Virus record (IMG/VR): IMGVR_UViG_3300033489_000025 | Location: 1-40,940 of that record | Reading direction: 5' to 3' (one strand) | Length of the DNA stretch: 40,940 bases | Source of the DNA: a virus | In this document: positions 23,542 to 31,637 of the stretch, piece by piece | Layout of the letters: each line of letters begins with the position of its first letter | Position numbering within the stretch: position 1 is the stretch's first letter | The notes under the pieces: model-generated | The model's database searches: none | What the model saw: the letters and a program-made list of their open reading frames with translations, nothing else | What the model was told of the DNA's origin: nothing | Position numbers and translations under genes: made by a program

Positions 23542-24840
23542 ATGCCAGATAATAGATATACGGCCTCAATTGAGGTATTATTATTTAATAGCGTCAGGGT
23601 ACTGGAGACAGGATCTAATAGCACAGTGGTTGTTATGTCAGGGCATGGCTGCCAGGACACAGACTTTTTTTACAATTTTACCAGAGCTACCAATCCGCCT
23701 AACTATTTAAGCGGTGAGACCGGACGCCGTAAGGTCATAAATGCTACAACAACCCAATTTGAAATTTCGACATCCATAACAGGACAGACGGCTGGCGACA
23801 TTGGTATATTGTATAAGTTTACTGACGTTACCCAATATTTATTAGATGGTACTCTGGCCTTAAGCTTACAGGCTCAGGGTGAGAGTAACGCGTCCTTTAC
23901 CTTAAAAGCCGTACACACGCCAGGTAATGCGTTTTACGTAACGCATGGGCGTAATGCGACAAGCGTTTATAATGCTTTGGAACGCCTGGATATGCCTGGC
24001 CAAACATGGGTACTCAATGCCGCAGATGGATACTTCCGTTATAGGCATAACGTTGAGGGCGATAAGGCTCAGGGTAAATTATGGGCCTTTTTAGGCCAGT
24101 CCGTAGGCGGTACAACGACTATGATGACCGCAACTAGCGAATACGCTAGAAGCTCAGACGCCTGGTCGAATAAAGCACTTTTCCCAGACACACCAAGGAC
24201 CGCGGCGCATAGCGCTTTTATAGATGGCGATATCTATGTAAATGGCGGCGTTATGTCTACAGCTACTACATATTTTGCGTCGACGTATAAATTTGACCCC
24301 GATGCAGATACCTGGACAAGCTTAGCCGCGTCTACGGATTCGGGCTCTTCGGGGGAGGGCTTAAACCTTTGCGGATGTCTCGTAGTGGCGTATTACAAAA
24401 GGGACGACGGGGGCGGAGGCACAGAGTTTGCGCCTGACGACTGTTTTTATATGCCGCTCTGTGATGCCTGGGCCACAATACCGGTAACGCATAGCGCGCC
24501 TGACAGGTGCTTTGGGCGTTCGGGCTTTACGATAGATAACTTCAAAGGGTCAATAATTGGAGGCACAACGGACATAACAGGATCCGACATTTCGGCTATC
24601 GATTATCATACACAGTTAAACCTACCAGCTAAAAGCTATAGCGAGGCCAACGCAACACCTTTAGCGGGTATGGAGTACGCGGGCGGGCAGTACGAGAACT
24701 ATGCAATTATCGCAGGCGGCCATTACAATAGTACGGTTTACGATACAGCGTTTCTGTGGAACAGTGCGCGCGACAACTGGGCTGTAATAGCCGATACATT
24801 GGCGTCTACGCGTTACGCCTTTCAGGGGGTGGGCTTATGA
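23542..24840 (+). CDS. Distal-tail-position protein with Kelch-like beta-propeller repeats
   Basis: Directly after the tape-measure gene; 'RTAAHSAFIDGDIYVNGGV...YKFDPDADTWTSLA', 'AGGHYNS...WNSARDNWAV'. Confidence 0.55.
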   Translation: MPDNRYTASIEVLLFNSVRVLETGSNSTVVVMSGHGCQDTDFFYNFTRATNPPNYLSGETGRRKVINATTTQFEISTSITGQTAGDIGILYKFTDVTQYLLDGTLALSLQAQGESNASFTLKAVHTPGNAFYVTHGRNATSVYNALERLDMPGQTWVLNAADGYFRYRHNVEGDKAQGKLWAFLGQSVGGTTTMMTATSEYARSSDAWSNKALFPDTPRTAAHSAFIDGDIYVNGGVMSTATTYFASTYKFDPDADTWTSLAASTDSGSSGEGLNLCGCLVVAYYKRDDGGGGTEFAPDDCFYMPLCDAWATIPVTHSAPDRCFGRSGFTIDNFKGSIIGGTTDITGSDISAIDYHTQLNLPAKSYSEANATPLAGMEYAGGQYENYAIIAGGHYNSTVYDTAFLWNSARDNWAVIADTLASTRYAFQGVGL

Positions 24841-26042
24841 TAGATTTTCGGATTAAATCTGGACAATTAGTGCGCATAAAAATTGGTGGTACTACCTATA
24901 TGACAGGTGTGTGCGTTGGGAATACCCGAAAAAAGGACGTCCCAGAAGCCGTCTTTTACAAATACGATATAGCAGATGCGAAAAGCCTTTTGACTAAAAG
25001 GCACATTAATAAAACTTTTGCGCCTTCCGTAAGTTATTCGAGTATCGTCGCGGATACGCTCGTTAGGCTACCCGATTTGGGATTAACCGCTGGTTACACA
25101 CAGTCAGACGGATACACCCAGGAGGCTATTGTCTGTGAGGGCCAGACGTTATCCAATTTGTTAGATAATATTGCGGCAATTGACGGTAATCAATGGATCA
25201 TAAATAATAATTTAGAACTCGAGTTTTCGGAAAACCCGGATGACTATAGCGATTCAGCGAAAATTATAAAGGCGCCCTGGTGTCTGGATAATGAAAATGT
25301 ATATAATGATGTAGACCTAACGCCGCTCGAGGATTTCCGAAATGTAGAAGTCGAAGAGGATTACACCAATTATGCCAATCAAATTCAGGTCATTGGCGCT
25401 GAGTATGCCGGAAAGACCATTAAGTGCCAGCACTATAACCGCGAAGACCTGGACGAATTTGTAAATGTGTGCGGGTATGGCGCGGGGTCTGTGTATGTCG
25501 TATCTGACACAAATATTGTGCTAAATCCGGATGTGCGTTTAACGGATGCCGGGACAACCACAAGCTATATTTACGACTGGTGGGCCGCTGGGACAACAGC
25601 AACAGTTGTGCGCGCTGGCGATATGATTTATAATAAAACCCGTGCGCAATATAGTTTTATAACCACAGTGTCTGTGCTAAGTAGCACTAACACAGCCTAT
25701 TATATACATCCGCCTATTACAGCCCAGACGTCAGGCGATACTTTGCATTACAATTATCCGCTTAACGACTTAGCGAGAAAGATGTTAAAAGTTAAAAGCG
25801 AGTATCCCCCGCTTATGATCGCTTTTGACACCTACACAGCGGGATTCCTACCAAGGCAAAGACTTTTTGTAAATCTGCCTGACCTCGACTGCCTGGCATA
25901 CTTTAACATTAATAGCGTAACGGTTAAGGATAACACAGCGGGTAAATTCCAATTTAGTATCGTTGGTGAGAAAAAGGATTACTCAGATAGGTTTACGACC
26001 ATAACGCATCGAAGTATGACGAAATGGTTTAAAAACTTTTAG
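24837..26042 (+). CDS. Tail-tip/baseplate protein (Tal position)
   Basis: ATGA overlap with the upstream gene; position only. Confidence 0.5.
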   Translation: MIDFRIKSGQLVRIKIGGTTYMTGVCVGNTRKKDVPEAVFYKYDIADAKSLLTKRHINKTFAPSVSYSSIVADTLVRLPDLGLTAGYTQSDGYTQEAIVCEGQTLSNLLDNIAAIDGNQWIINNNLELEFSENPDDYSDSAKIIKAPWCLDNENVYNDVDLTPLEDFRNVEVEEDYTNYANQIQVIGAEYAGKTIKCQHYNREDLDEFVNVCGYGAGSVYVVSDTNIVLNPDVRLTDAGTTTSYIYDWWAAGTTATVVRAGDMIYNKTRAQYSFITTVSVLSSTNTAYYIHPPITAQTSGDTLHYNYPLNDLARKMLKVKSEYPPLMIAFDTYTAGFLPRQRLFVNLPDLDCLAYFNINSVTVKDNTAGKFQFSIVGEKKDYSDRFTTITHRSMTKWFKNF

Positions 26043-26073
26043 AATCTAAGGTATAACGATGTTTGGCCTGTTC

Positions 26074-26102
26074 TTTACAATGTAAGTAATTACTGGTAGA
26101 AT
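26074..26102 (+). promoter_or_regulatory. Promoter for Rha paralog 2
   Basis: TTTACA-17 nt-TAGAAT; spacer motif 'agtaattactg' resembles 'agtaattgctg' upstream of paralog 1 (7716-7726). Confidence 0.5.
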
Positions 26103-26135
26103 TATAATCACTAATTTAAAAAAGGAGCGGTTATA

Positions 26136-26861
26136 ATGGAAATGATAGAATTAAAAAACAATGTACCATTAACAAGTACAAAAGTAATTGAATATTATAC
26201 AGGAGTAAAGCATCAGAATATTTTGCAATTATTTAGAAATCATGAAAAAAGTATAGAAAAATTCGGGGTTATCATGTTTGAAACATGGAAACCAAAAAAA
26301 GGAAGTAAAGGCGGCCGACCAGAAGCGTTTTATTATTTAAATGAAGAACAGTTTACATTTTTTATAATGTTAATGGCCAATAGCGAAAAAGTCGTTAAAT
26401 TTAAGATCGAACTAAATAAACAATTCCATCAATATCGTAAATACATACTGGAGCAAAAAACACAAAAGCAGAACCAACAATATATTGAGACAAGGAAGCA
26501 AAGCAAAATAGGCCGAAAACAGGAGACCGACATTATTAAATTATTTGTAGAATACGCAACGAATCAAGGTTCTAAGTCGGCGGAAAAATATTATATGAAT
26601 TTTAGCAAAATGGAGAATTCTGCTTTCTTTATGCTCCAAGAAAAGTTTAAAAATGTTAGGGAGATATTAAATATGGGACAGCTTAATAAAATTATTTTTG
26701 CTGACCTGATTATTAGACAGGCGATAACTGAAGGGATGGAAAAAGAAATGTTTTACAAAGATATTTATAAATTAGCTAAAGAGCGAATTATTGGGGCTTC
26801 AAATAGTGTCGGAATTAAAGAGATTTTACCAGGCATAGAGTTTAAAAGACTGGAGGTGTGA
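26136..26861 (+). CDS. Rha-family phage regulatory protein with conserved C-terminal domain (paralog 2)
   Basis: 'TSTKVIEYYTGVKHQNILQLFRN...FYYLNEEQFTFFIMLM' is Rha-like; C-terminus 'ILEQKTQKQNQQYIETRKQSKIGR...' matches 7766..8509. Confidence 0.7.
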   Translation: MEMIELKNNVPLTSTKVIEYYTGVKHQNILQLFRNHEKSIEKFGVIMFETWKPKKGSKGGRPEAFYYLNEEQFTFFIMLMANSEKVVKFKIELNKQFHQYRKYILEQKTQKQNQQYIETRKQSKIGRKQETDIIKLFVEYATNQGSKSAEKYYMNFSKMENSAFFMLQEKFKNVREILNMGQLNKIIFADLIIRQAITEGMEKEMFYKDIYKLAKERIIGASNSVGIKEILPGIEFKRLEV

Positions 26862-26863
26862 AT

Positions 26864-27421
26864 ATGATTAATTGGAATTGGCGACATAGTAGGTACCAAA
26901 TAGAAAACTTTATAATTAAATTAAATGGCGTAACACCCTGGGGGTGTTTCAAGCAGTGCATGCGGGAAATGCGTGCCCGGGTTCCCCAGTTAGACGACCC
27001 AGATATAAAAAGGGAATTCGATTTATTATACTCATTAGCCGTAAAATGCTTTAATACCCTGGGTTGTATAGACCCAAAGCGTATTGAAGAGTTGGAGGCC
27101 GATTTCTGGGTTCAAAAATTTAAACTCAGGATAGCCCTGGACTTCGTAACAATGAACCGAATTTCCGCCAATACCTGGGAGACTATTATATCAATGCCGG
27201 AGCGGGCCGGCCTTTTTGATTTTGCACTTGAAATGACAATGCAAAAAGCCGCTAATTATTTAGCGAAAACACCAAATGATTGGTTAAACTTAAAAGAAGA
27301 CGAAATTATACATTTAGAGGAGGGCGCGTCATGGCAAAAAATGATTTCGGACGTTTTCGGAATCGCGGCGCTAATAACGGGCGATTCACAATTGGAAACA
27401 CTCAACCCGAAGACCCAGTAA
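26864..27421 (+). CDS. Hypothetical protein coupled to Rha paralog 2
   Basis: ATG 26864 lies 8 nt after GGAGG; in frame with track ORF 26858..27421. Confidence 0.55.
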   Translation: MINWNWRHSRYQIENFIIKLNGVTPWGCFKQCMREMRARVPQLDDPDIKREFDLLYSLAVKCFNTLGCIDPKRIEELEADFWVQKFKLRIALDFVTMNRISANTWETIISMPERAGLFDFALEMTMQKAANYLAKTPNDWLNLKEDEIIHLEEGASWQKMISDVFGIAALITGDSQLETLNPKTQ

Positions 27422-27942
27422 TTAATGACATATGGGTTAACCCGGATATAGTAACTCAATATATCCAAAAGACTACAAGCCAGGGATTTGTCACAACCAC
27501 AATAGCGAATGTAGTCGGCTTAGGCGCAGTGCTTGGCGCTGGAGGCACGTATAAGGTAGACGTGTGCCTCTTTGTGCAGGGGCCAACAGCCACTGACATA
27601 AAGGTTGATTGGGATTATGTTTGTGACGCTACGTCTAGTTATAGAGGCGTGCAGGGGCCGGCCGTAGGCGTAACTGATGTAACGGATACTAATGTTACAA
27701 TCTCAGGGCATAACCTTGGTACTGATAAGTCATATGGCATAGAGGCAAGCGCTAATGGGGTCATACGTGAGACCTTTATTGTTACTACCGCTGCGGCAAC
27801 AGGCTCAGTGCAGTGTCGAGCGGCACAGGTTAACACAACAGCCACACGCGTGACAATATCGTCAAATAGTTATATAATAGTTGCGCCACTGGTTAGTAAT
27901 ATAAAATATTATAATGGTATTGCCTGGACGGCGTTATTGTAG
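27331..27942 (+). CDS. Putative tail fibre / receptor-binding protein
   Basis: ATG 27331 after AGGAGG; N-terminal 'FTIGNTQPEDPVINDIWVNPD' resembles a fibre N-terminal pattern; beta-rich C-terminus. Confidence 0.45.
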   Translation: MAKNDFGRFRNRGANNGRFTIGNTQPEDPVINDIWVNPDIVTQYIQKTTSQGFVTTTIANVVGLGAVLGAGGTYKVDVCLFVQGPTATDIKVDWDYVCDATSSYRGVQGPAVGVTDVTDTNVTISGHNLGTDKSYGIEASANGVIRETFIVTTAAATGSVQCRAAQVNTTATRVTISSNSYIIVAPLVSNIKYYNGIAWTALL

Positions 27943-27950
27943 GAGGATTT

Positions 27951-28196
27951 ATGGAAGAGAAGTTGATCGACGTACTAATAAATACAGTTAATCGCATTGA
28001 AGGCAAAATTGACAGGATGAGCGAAAATGTGATGACTAAAGAAGACTGCCAGGCACGACAAGAGCACTGCCCATTGAAAATTGAGGACTCAAAATTGAGG
28101 ACCTGGGTCGACATAATAAAAGAATCTAAACTTATGATCATAGGGGTAATCGGTGGGATCGGAGCACTAATAAAAATATTTTACGATGTGACGTAA
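27951..28196 (+). CDS. XhlA-like lysis-associated membrane protein (coiled coil plus C-terminal TM)
   Basis: 'VNRIEGKIDRMSENV' coiled coil, single C-terminal TM 'LMIIGVIGGIGALIKIF'; architecture like PBSX XhlA. Confidence 0.5.
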   Translation: MEEKLIDVLINTVNRIEGKIDRMSENVMTKEDCQARQEHCPLKIEDSKLRTWVDIIKESKLMIIGVIGGIGALIKIFYDVT

Positions 28197-28222
28197 GAAA
28201 AGAGGCCTTTGGGCCTCTTTTC
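28196..28222. terminator. Bidirectional intrinsic terminator between convergent units
   Basis: gaaaagaggcc-ttt-ggcctcttttc. Confidence 0.8.
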
Positions 28223-28366
28223 TTAGCCGCCAGTTTTAAAATCGCAGAACAATCCAGTGCATTTAGCGCCTGTATGGTTTTCATATTTCCCGGTCTGTTT
28301 ATTATACCACTTATAAGTGTATTTCTTTAGTGGCTTACCGCATTTAGGACAATTCCCATAGCTCAT
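28223..28366 (-). CDS. 47-aa zinc-ribbon protein (not in the ORF track)
   Basis: My translation MSYGNCPKCGKPLKKYTYKWYNKQTGKYENHTGAKCTGLFCDFKTGG; starts 1 nt after the amidase stop. Confidence 0.45.
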   Translation of the reverse strand: MSYGNCPKCGKPLKKYTYKWYNKQTGKYENHTGAKCTGLFCDFKTGG

Positions 28367-28367
28367 A

Positions 28368-28988
28368 TCACGACCACCTTTCAGCTAAGGCCTTTATGTC
28401 GGCCAATACTTTTACTTGTTTGTCTAAAAGTTTATAGTACATAGTTTTGTAGTCTGGGCTGTTAATACCAAAGTAGTCGTATAGCCCTTTAACTAAAAGA
28501 CTTGCTATTTTTGCGGCTTGCGTATGTATTATTTCAGCGTCACTTTTCAAATCGTGAAAACCTATTTCTAAAATAATCGCAGGGGCTTTTGTGCTGTTTA
28601 ATTCCTCTAAGGCTTTATTTTCATAGGTTAGAGGATTTCGGGCCTTAAACAGCCCAACTAAAGGCGCGATTATCGCTTTTGCGGCTTTTGCCCCTTCGGC
28701 ACTATAGTAAATAGCCTCAACGCCTTGACCGCCTCCAGCGTTGGTGTGAATGCCAATATGCAGATCGGCACTGTGCTTATTGCTTTGTGCGATTGCCCAT
28801 TTGCGCCTTAGGGTCTCTGTGTTTGCGCTATCAGGCGCCGTGCTTATAAGCACAGGGCTTATAAGTTTGTCTTTTAAAAGATTATCGCATACTATTGCGG
28901 CGATAATGGCGCAGTGCTGGGCCTCTGTATCGCCCAAAACGCATTTATTTTGTATCTGATGGCTTGGACACAATACTACTGTTTTCAT
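28368..28988 (-). CDS. N-acetylmuramoyl-L-alanine amidase (Amidase_3 family) endolysin, catalytic domain only
   Basis: 'CPSHQ...TEAQH', 'ADLHIGIHTNAGGG', 'GVEAIYY', 'PAIILEIGFHD'; ATG 28988 after GGAGGTG. Confidence 0.8.
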   Translation of the reverse strand: MKTVVLCPSHQIQNKCVLGDTEAQHCAIIAAIVCDNLLKDKLISPVLISTAPDSANTETLRRKWAIAQSNKHSADLHIGIHTNAGGGQGVEAIYYSAEGAKAAKAIIAPLVGLFKARNPLTYENKALEELNSTKAPAIILEIGFHDLKSDAEIIHTQAAKIASLLVKGLYDYFGINSPDYKTMYYKLLDKQVKVLADIKALAERWS

Positions 28989-29130
28989 GTCTAACACCTC
29001 CCAGGTAGTAACGCACAAGAGCGTCATACTTTTCTAATTCTGTTAATAATACTGCGCGTTCTCTCGAGCTATCAAGATCAAGCAATTGCGCCCGTAAAAC
29101 TTCAATTGTTATTATAATTTTTTTCATCAT
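28945..29130 (-). CDS. Hypothetical small protein
   Basis: Track ORF; 'aggaggg' RBS; overlaps the amidase start by 44 nt. Confidence 0.45.
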   Translation of the reverse strand: MMKKIIITIEVLRAQLLDLDSSRERAVLLTELEKYDALVRYYLGGVRHENSSIVSKPSDTK

Positions 29131-29275
29131 TATCCCTCCTATAAAGAATCGTTACTAGTTCAAATCGCGGGTATCTCTCATATACCCAAATATATTCGCC
29201 ATAACGCTTATGGACTCTGAGCGTTTTAAAATTTCTGTTTACCTTAAGGCCATTGCGCCAGGCCTTAAGAGCCAT
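29102..29275 (-). CDS. Hypothetical small protein; minimal ATG-initiated version
   Basis: My translation MALKAWRNGLKVNRNFKTLRVHKRYGEYIWVYERYPRFELVTILYRRDNDEKNYNNN. The frame is open upstream to ~29330 (IKPHALQRARERLGRKITKVELNH) but has no canonical start there. Confidence 0.3.
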   Translation of the reverse strand: MALKAWRNGLKVNRNFKTLRVHKRYGEYIWVYERYPRFELVTILYRRDNDEKNYNNN

Positions 29276-29342
29276 ATGGTTTAATTCGACCTTAGTTATT
29301 TTACGCCCCAGTCTTTCGCGTGCCCGCTGGAGCGCATGAGGT

Positions 29343-29783
29343 TTAATCAGGCAAATATATCATCCCTCCGCCTTGGTTATTAATCATCTCGTTACTAAGG
29401 TCAAAATTGCTAAAATTGCCATACTGCCATTGGGTCTGCGCCAATTCACCCAAAATCTTATTGTGTTTAGGCTGGGCTGTATCAGAGCGCGATATTATGT
29501 CGTCTCTATCATAGATTTTGACAGTATCATCGATATCTTGTTTTAAAGTTTTCAATTTAACTGTGTCCATGTATTCATTTTTATATTTGTCTAAATCAAT
29601 CCTTCTAATTAAATGGACAGCCGAATTAATTTTTAACACCATTTCCCTGGCGTCATTTGCTTCTATGGTCAGAGCTTTGACCATATTTTGCAATTCGATA
29701 AAATCCTTTTTCGCTTTTAATATAAAGTTTGTAGCCGCATAGCCTAATACGGCTATGACTAATAATAATATTATATATTCCAT
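29343..29783 (-). CDS. N-terminally membrane-anchored 146-aa protein
   Basis: ATG 29783 after a GGAGG RBS; 'MEYIILLLVIAVLGYAATNFIL' TM, then a coiled-coil/soluble part. The longer track version (to 29957) overlaps the upstream gene. Confidence 0.6.
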   Translation of the reverse strand: MEYIILLLVIAVLGYAATNFILKAKKDFIELQNMVKALTIEANDAREMVLKINSAVHLIRRIDLDKYKNEYMDTVKLKTLKQDIDDTVKIYDRDDIISRSDTAQPKHNKILGELAQTQWQYGNFSNFDLSNEMINNQGGGMIYLPD

Positions 29784-29856
29784 AATTGAACCTCCTATAA
29801 GTATTATAAATAGTATGAACACTATACTTATAAGCATAGTGTCAAAAGGTCTGTGG

Positions 29857-30054
29857 TTACTCATTATTCTCCACATTATCCACCATATTATAAATAGTAT
29901 AAACAAGTTGCCCCCCATCATATGTAAGATCAAATCGCGCATTGCCAATGTCGCCATGCTCTTTTACTATGTGATCAAGTATCGGTTTGGGTATAGACAA
30001 AACCGTACTTGGCCCACTAGGATATGCCTTTCGGCCCTTAAACGTTATTATCAT
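29857..30054 (-). CDS. AbrB/SpoVT/MazE-like looped-hinge-helix DNA-binding protein
   Basis: 'STVLSIPKPILDHIVKEHGDIGNARFDLTYDGGQLVYTI' fits the AbrB-type pattern; first gene of the leftward unit at the divergent promoters. Confidence 0.5.
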   Translation of the reverse strand: MIITFKGRKAYPSGPSTVLSIPKPILDHIVKEHGDIGNARFDLTYDGGQLVYTIYNMVDNVENNE

Positions 30055-30072
30055 TTTAACACCTCCATTTAT

Positions 30073-30101
30073 AGTATAGTATAGATTATTTGAAAAGTCA
30101 A
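30073..30101 (-). promoter_or_regulatory. Leftward promoter of the divergent pair
   Basis: Minus strand TTGACT-17 nt-TATACT, about 20 nt upstream of the GGAGGT RBS. Confidence 0.6.
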
Positions 30102-30111
30102 TAAAAAATAC

Positions 30112-30140
30112 TTGACTTTATAACTGATATTTGATAATAT
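30112..30140 (+). promoter_or_regulatory. Rightward promoter of the divergent pair
   Basis: TTGACT-17 nt-TAATAT with TG extension; the two -35 boxes are 10 bp apart and form agtcaa/ttgact. Confidence 0.65.
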
Positions 30141-30162
30141 AGTTTTTGCAGGGGGTGATAAC

Positions 30163-30423
30163 GTGAATGATGTTGAGCTAAAAAGTATAGCCGAAAGTCT
30201 CCAGAGTATAGCCGAAAGTCTTATGTTACTAAGGCCACAGGCTGTACAGCCACAACCACAGACGACGATAGCGCCAGACATAAGGACTGACATAAAAAAA
30301 CTTTGTACCGAATTGGTCATGGCGGGTAAAGACATTTCGTTTTTAAAGACAAGGTATAAAAAAATTAGCGAGATCCCGGAGCCAGATTTGGGATCAGTAT
30401 GGGAAGAACTATCAAAATTATAA
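30163..30423 (+). CDS. Hypothetical protein with internal 21-nt tandem duplication
   Basis: GTG start after 'aggggg' RBS; 'SIAESLQSIAESL'. Confidence 0.55.
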   Translation: MNDVELKSIAESLQSIAESLMLLRPQAVQPQPQTTIAPDIRTDIKKLCTELVMAGKDISFLKTRYKKISEIPEPDLGSVWEELSKL

Positions 30424-30436
30424 GGAGGGCACAAAG

Positions 30437-30961
30437 ATGCCAAAAAATTTAAAACTAAAAAATGTAAGATCAAGTTATTGCCACGTTTTCACACCCCATT
30501 CGTTTGACAACCAGGACGCAAAATACTCAATGGCAATACTTATTGACAAAAAGGATACTGAGTTAATAGCACAGATAAAAAGCGCTATCGAAGAAGTCAA
30601 AACGGAATTAAAGGTGAAATGCGGTGGCAAAATGCCGCCAAACGTAAAATTACCATTAAGAGATGGCGATGTCGAAAAACCCGACCAAAAGGCTTATATT
30701 GGCCATTATTGGTTAAATGCGAATTCAAAGAATGCGCCTCAGGTAGTGGATAGAAAATTGACTATTTTAAATAGTGAAGACGATTTTTACAGTGGCTGCT
30801 ATTGCAATGTGACTATTAGCCTATATGCTTATAGCACGTCGGGTAATAGGGGAATAGCAATAGGCCTTAACAATATACAAAAAGTGCGTGACGGCGAGAG
30901 GTTAGATGGCAAAAGTTCAGCGCTGGACGACTTTGAAGCAGAGGAAGATTTTATGGATTAG
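30437..30961 (+). CDS. Phage ssDNA-binding protein, DUF2815 / T7 gp2.5-like
   Basis: 'LKNVRSSYCHVFTP', 'GNRGIAIGLNNIQKVRDGE', acidic C-terminal tail 'DDFEAEEDFMD'. Confidence 0.75.
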   Translation: MPKNLKLKNVRSSYCHVFTPHSFDNQDAKYSMAILIDKKDTELIAQIKSAIEEVKTELKVKCGGKMPPNVKLPLRDGDVEKPDQKAYIGHYWLNANSKNAPQVVDRKLTILNSEDDFYSGCYCNVTISLYAYSTSGNRGIAIGLNNIQKVRDGERLDGKSSALDDFEAEEDFMD

Positions 30962-30985
30962 GCCCAAAGGGCCTTTTCCCCTTTT
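30960..30985 (+). terminator. Intrinsic terminator (copy A)
   Basis: aggccc-aaa-gggcct followed by 'tttcccctttt'. Confidence 0.7.
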
Positions 30986-31090
30986 CTGTAAACGAAGAGA
31001 ATTTGGCCGTAGATAAACAGGAAGTTTATGACTTTTTTGATTTACCAACACCAGATGAAGTTCAAAAAGTTAAGGAAGGAGAATTCCCAG

Positions 31091-31291
31091 ATGAACGTTT
31101 ATAAAAGAATTAGATTTTATTGTGATGATTGCCAGAATACAGTTGAAAATATAGAAGTTAAACAATCAGAACATTATGAAAACTTAACAGAGTTTTACTG
31201 CAAAGATTGTGGAAGATTATTAATGATCATAGATGATACAGAATTATTTATAGAAGGTTGCTATAAGAAAGGAGATATAAAAATTGGATAG
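31091..31291 (+). CDS. 66-aa zinc-ribbon protein in the AT-rich cassette
   Basis: ATG 31091 after 'aaggaaggag'; 'CDDCQ...CKDCG'. Confidence 0.55.
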   Translation: MNVYKRIRFYCDDCQNTVENIEVKQSEHYENLTEFYCKDCGRLLMIIDDTELFIEGCYKKGDIKIG

Positions 31292-31460
31292 AGACGATAA
31301 AAAATTATTAGCAAAATTAAAAGAGTTAATAGAACTAACAGAAAAAATAATAGAAGGCCCAGAAGATCGTTGGAACGCAGAATACAAGCAAACAGTAATA
31401 GACGTGGAAGAAGATTTATCAAAGGCTAAGAGAAAATTAATTAGATGGGAGGTAAAATAA
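31284..31460 (+). CDS. 58-aa coiled-coil protein in the AT-rich cassette (not in the ORF track)
   Basis: TTG start 9 nt after GGAG; my translation (M)DRDDKKLLAKLKELIELTEKIIEGPEDRWNAEYKQTVIDVEEDLSKAKRKLIRWEVK. Confidence 0.4.
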   Translation: MDRDDKKLLAKLKELIELTEKIIEGPEDRWNAEYKQTVIDVEEDLSKAKRKLIRWEVK

Positions 31461-31546
31461 ATGTTTGAGGGAGTTTTTCGAAACTATGCACTTATCCCCC
31501 CTTCCCTCATTTTAAAATGGCTGTTATATGAATGCGACGGTTAGCT

Positions 31547-31637
31547 TTAGGCAATATACAAAAAGTACGTGACGGCGAAAGGCTTGACGGCAAAAGTTCA
31601 GCACTGGGCGACTTTGAAGGAGGATTTTATGGATTAG
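31547..31637 (+). pseudogene. Degenerate duplicate of the SSB gene 3' end
   Basis: Aligns by eye to 30866-30961 (LGNIQKVRDGERLDGKSSALGDFE...), with substitutions and a 5-nt deletion that breaks the frame; no 5' part. Confidence 0.75.

Noticed and set aside
28945-29340. Toxin-antitoxin pair reading of the small minus-strand ORFs (AbrB/MazE-like gene upstream, 'HALQRARERLG' segment)
   Set aside because: The candidate toxin frame lacks a canonical start codon upstream of ATG 29275 and is not adjacent to the AbrB-like gene. The similarity is too weak to call without a profile search.
29343-29957. Full-length 204-aa version of the minus-strand ORF
   Set aside because: The first 58 codons overlap the AbrB-like gene and the intergenic hairpin. 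An internal ATG (29783) has a GGAGG RBS and yields a clean N-terminal TM anchor.
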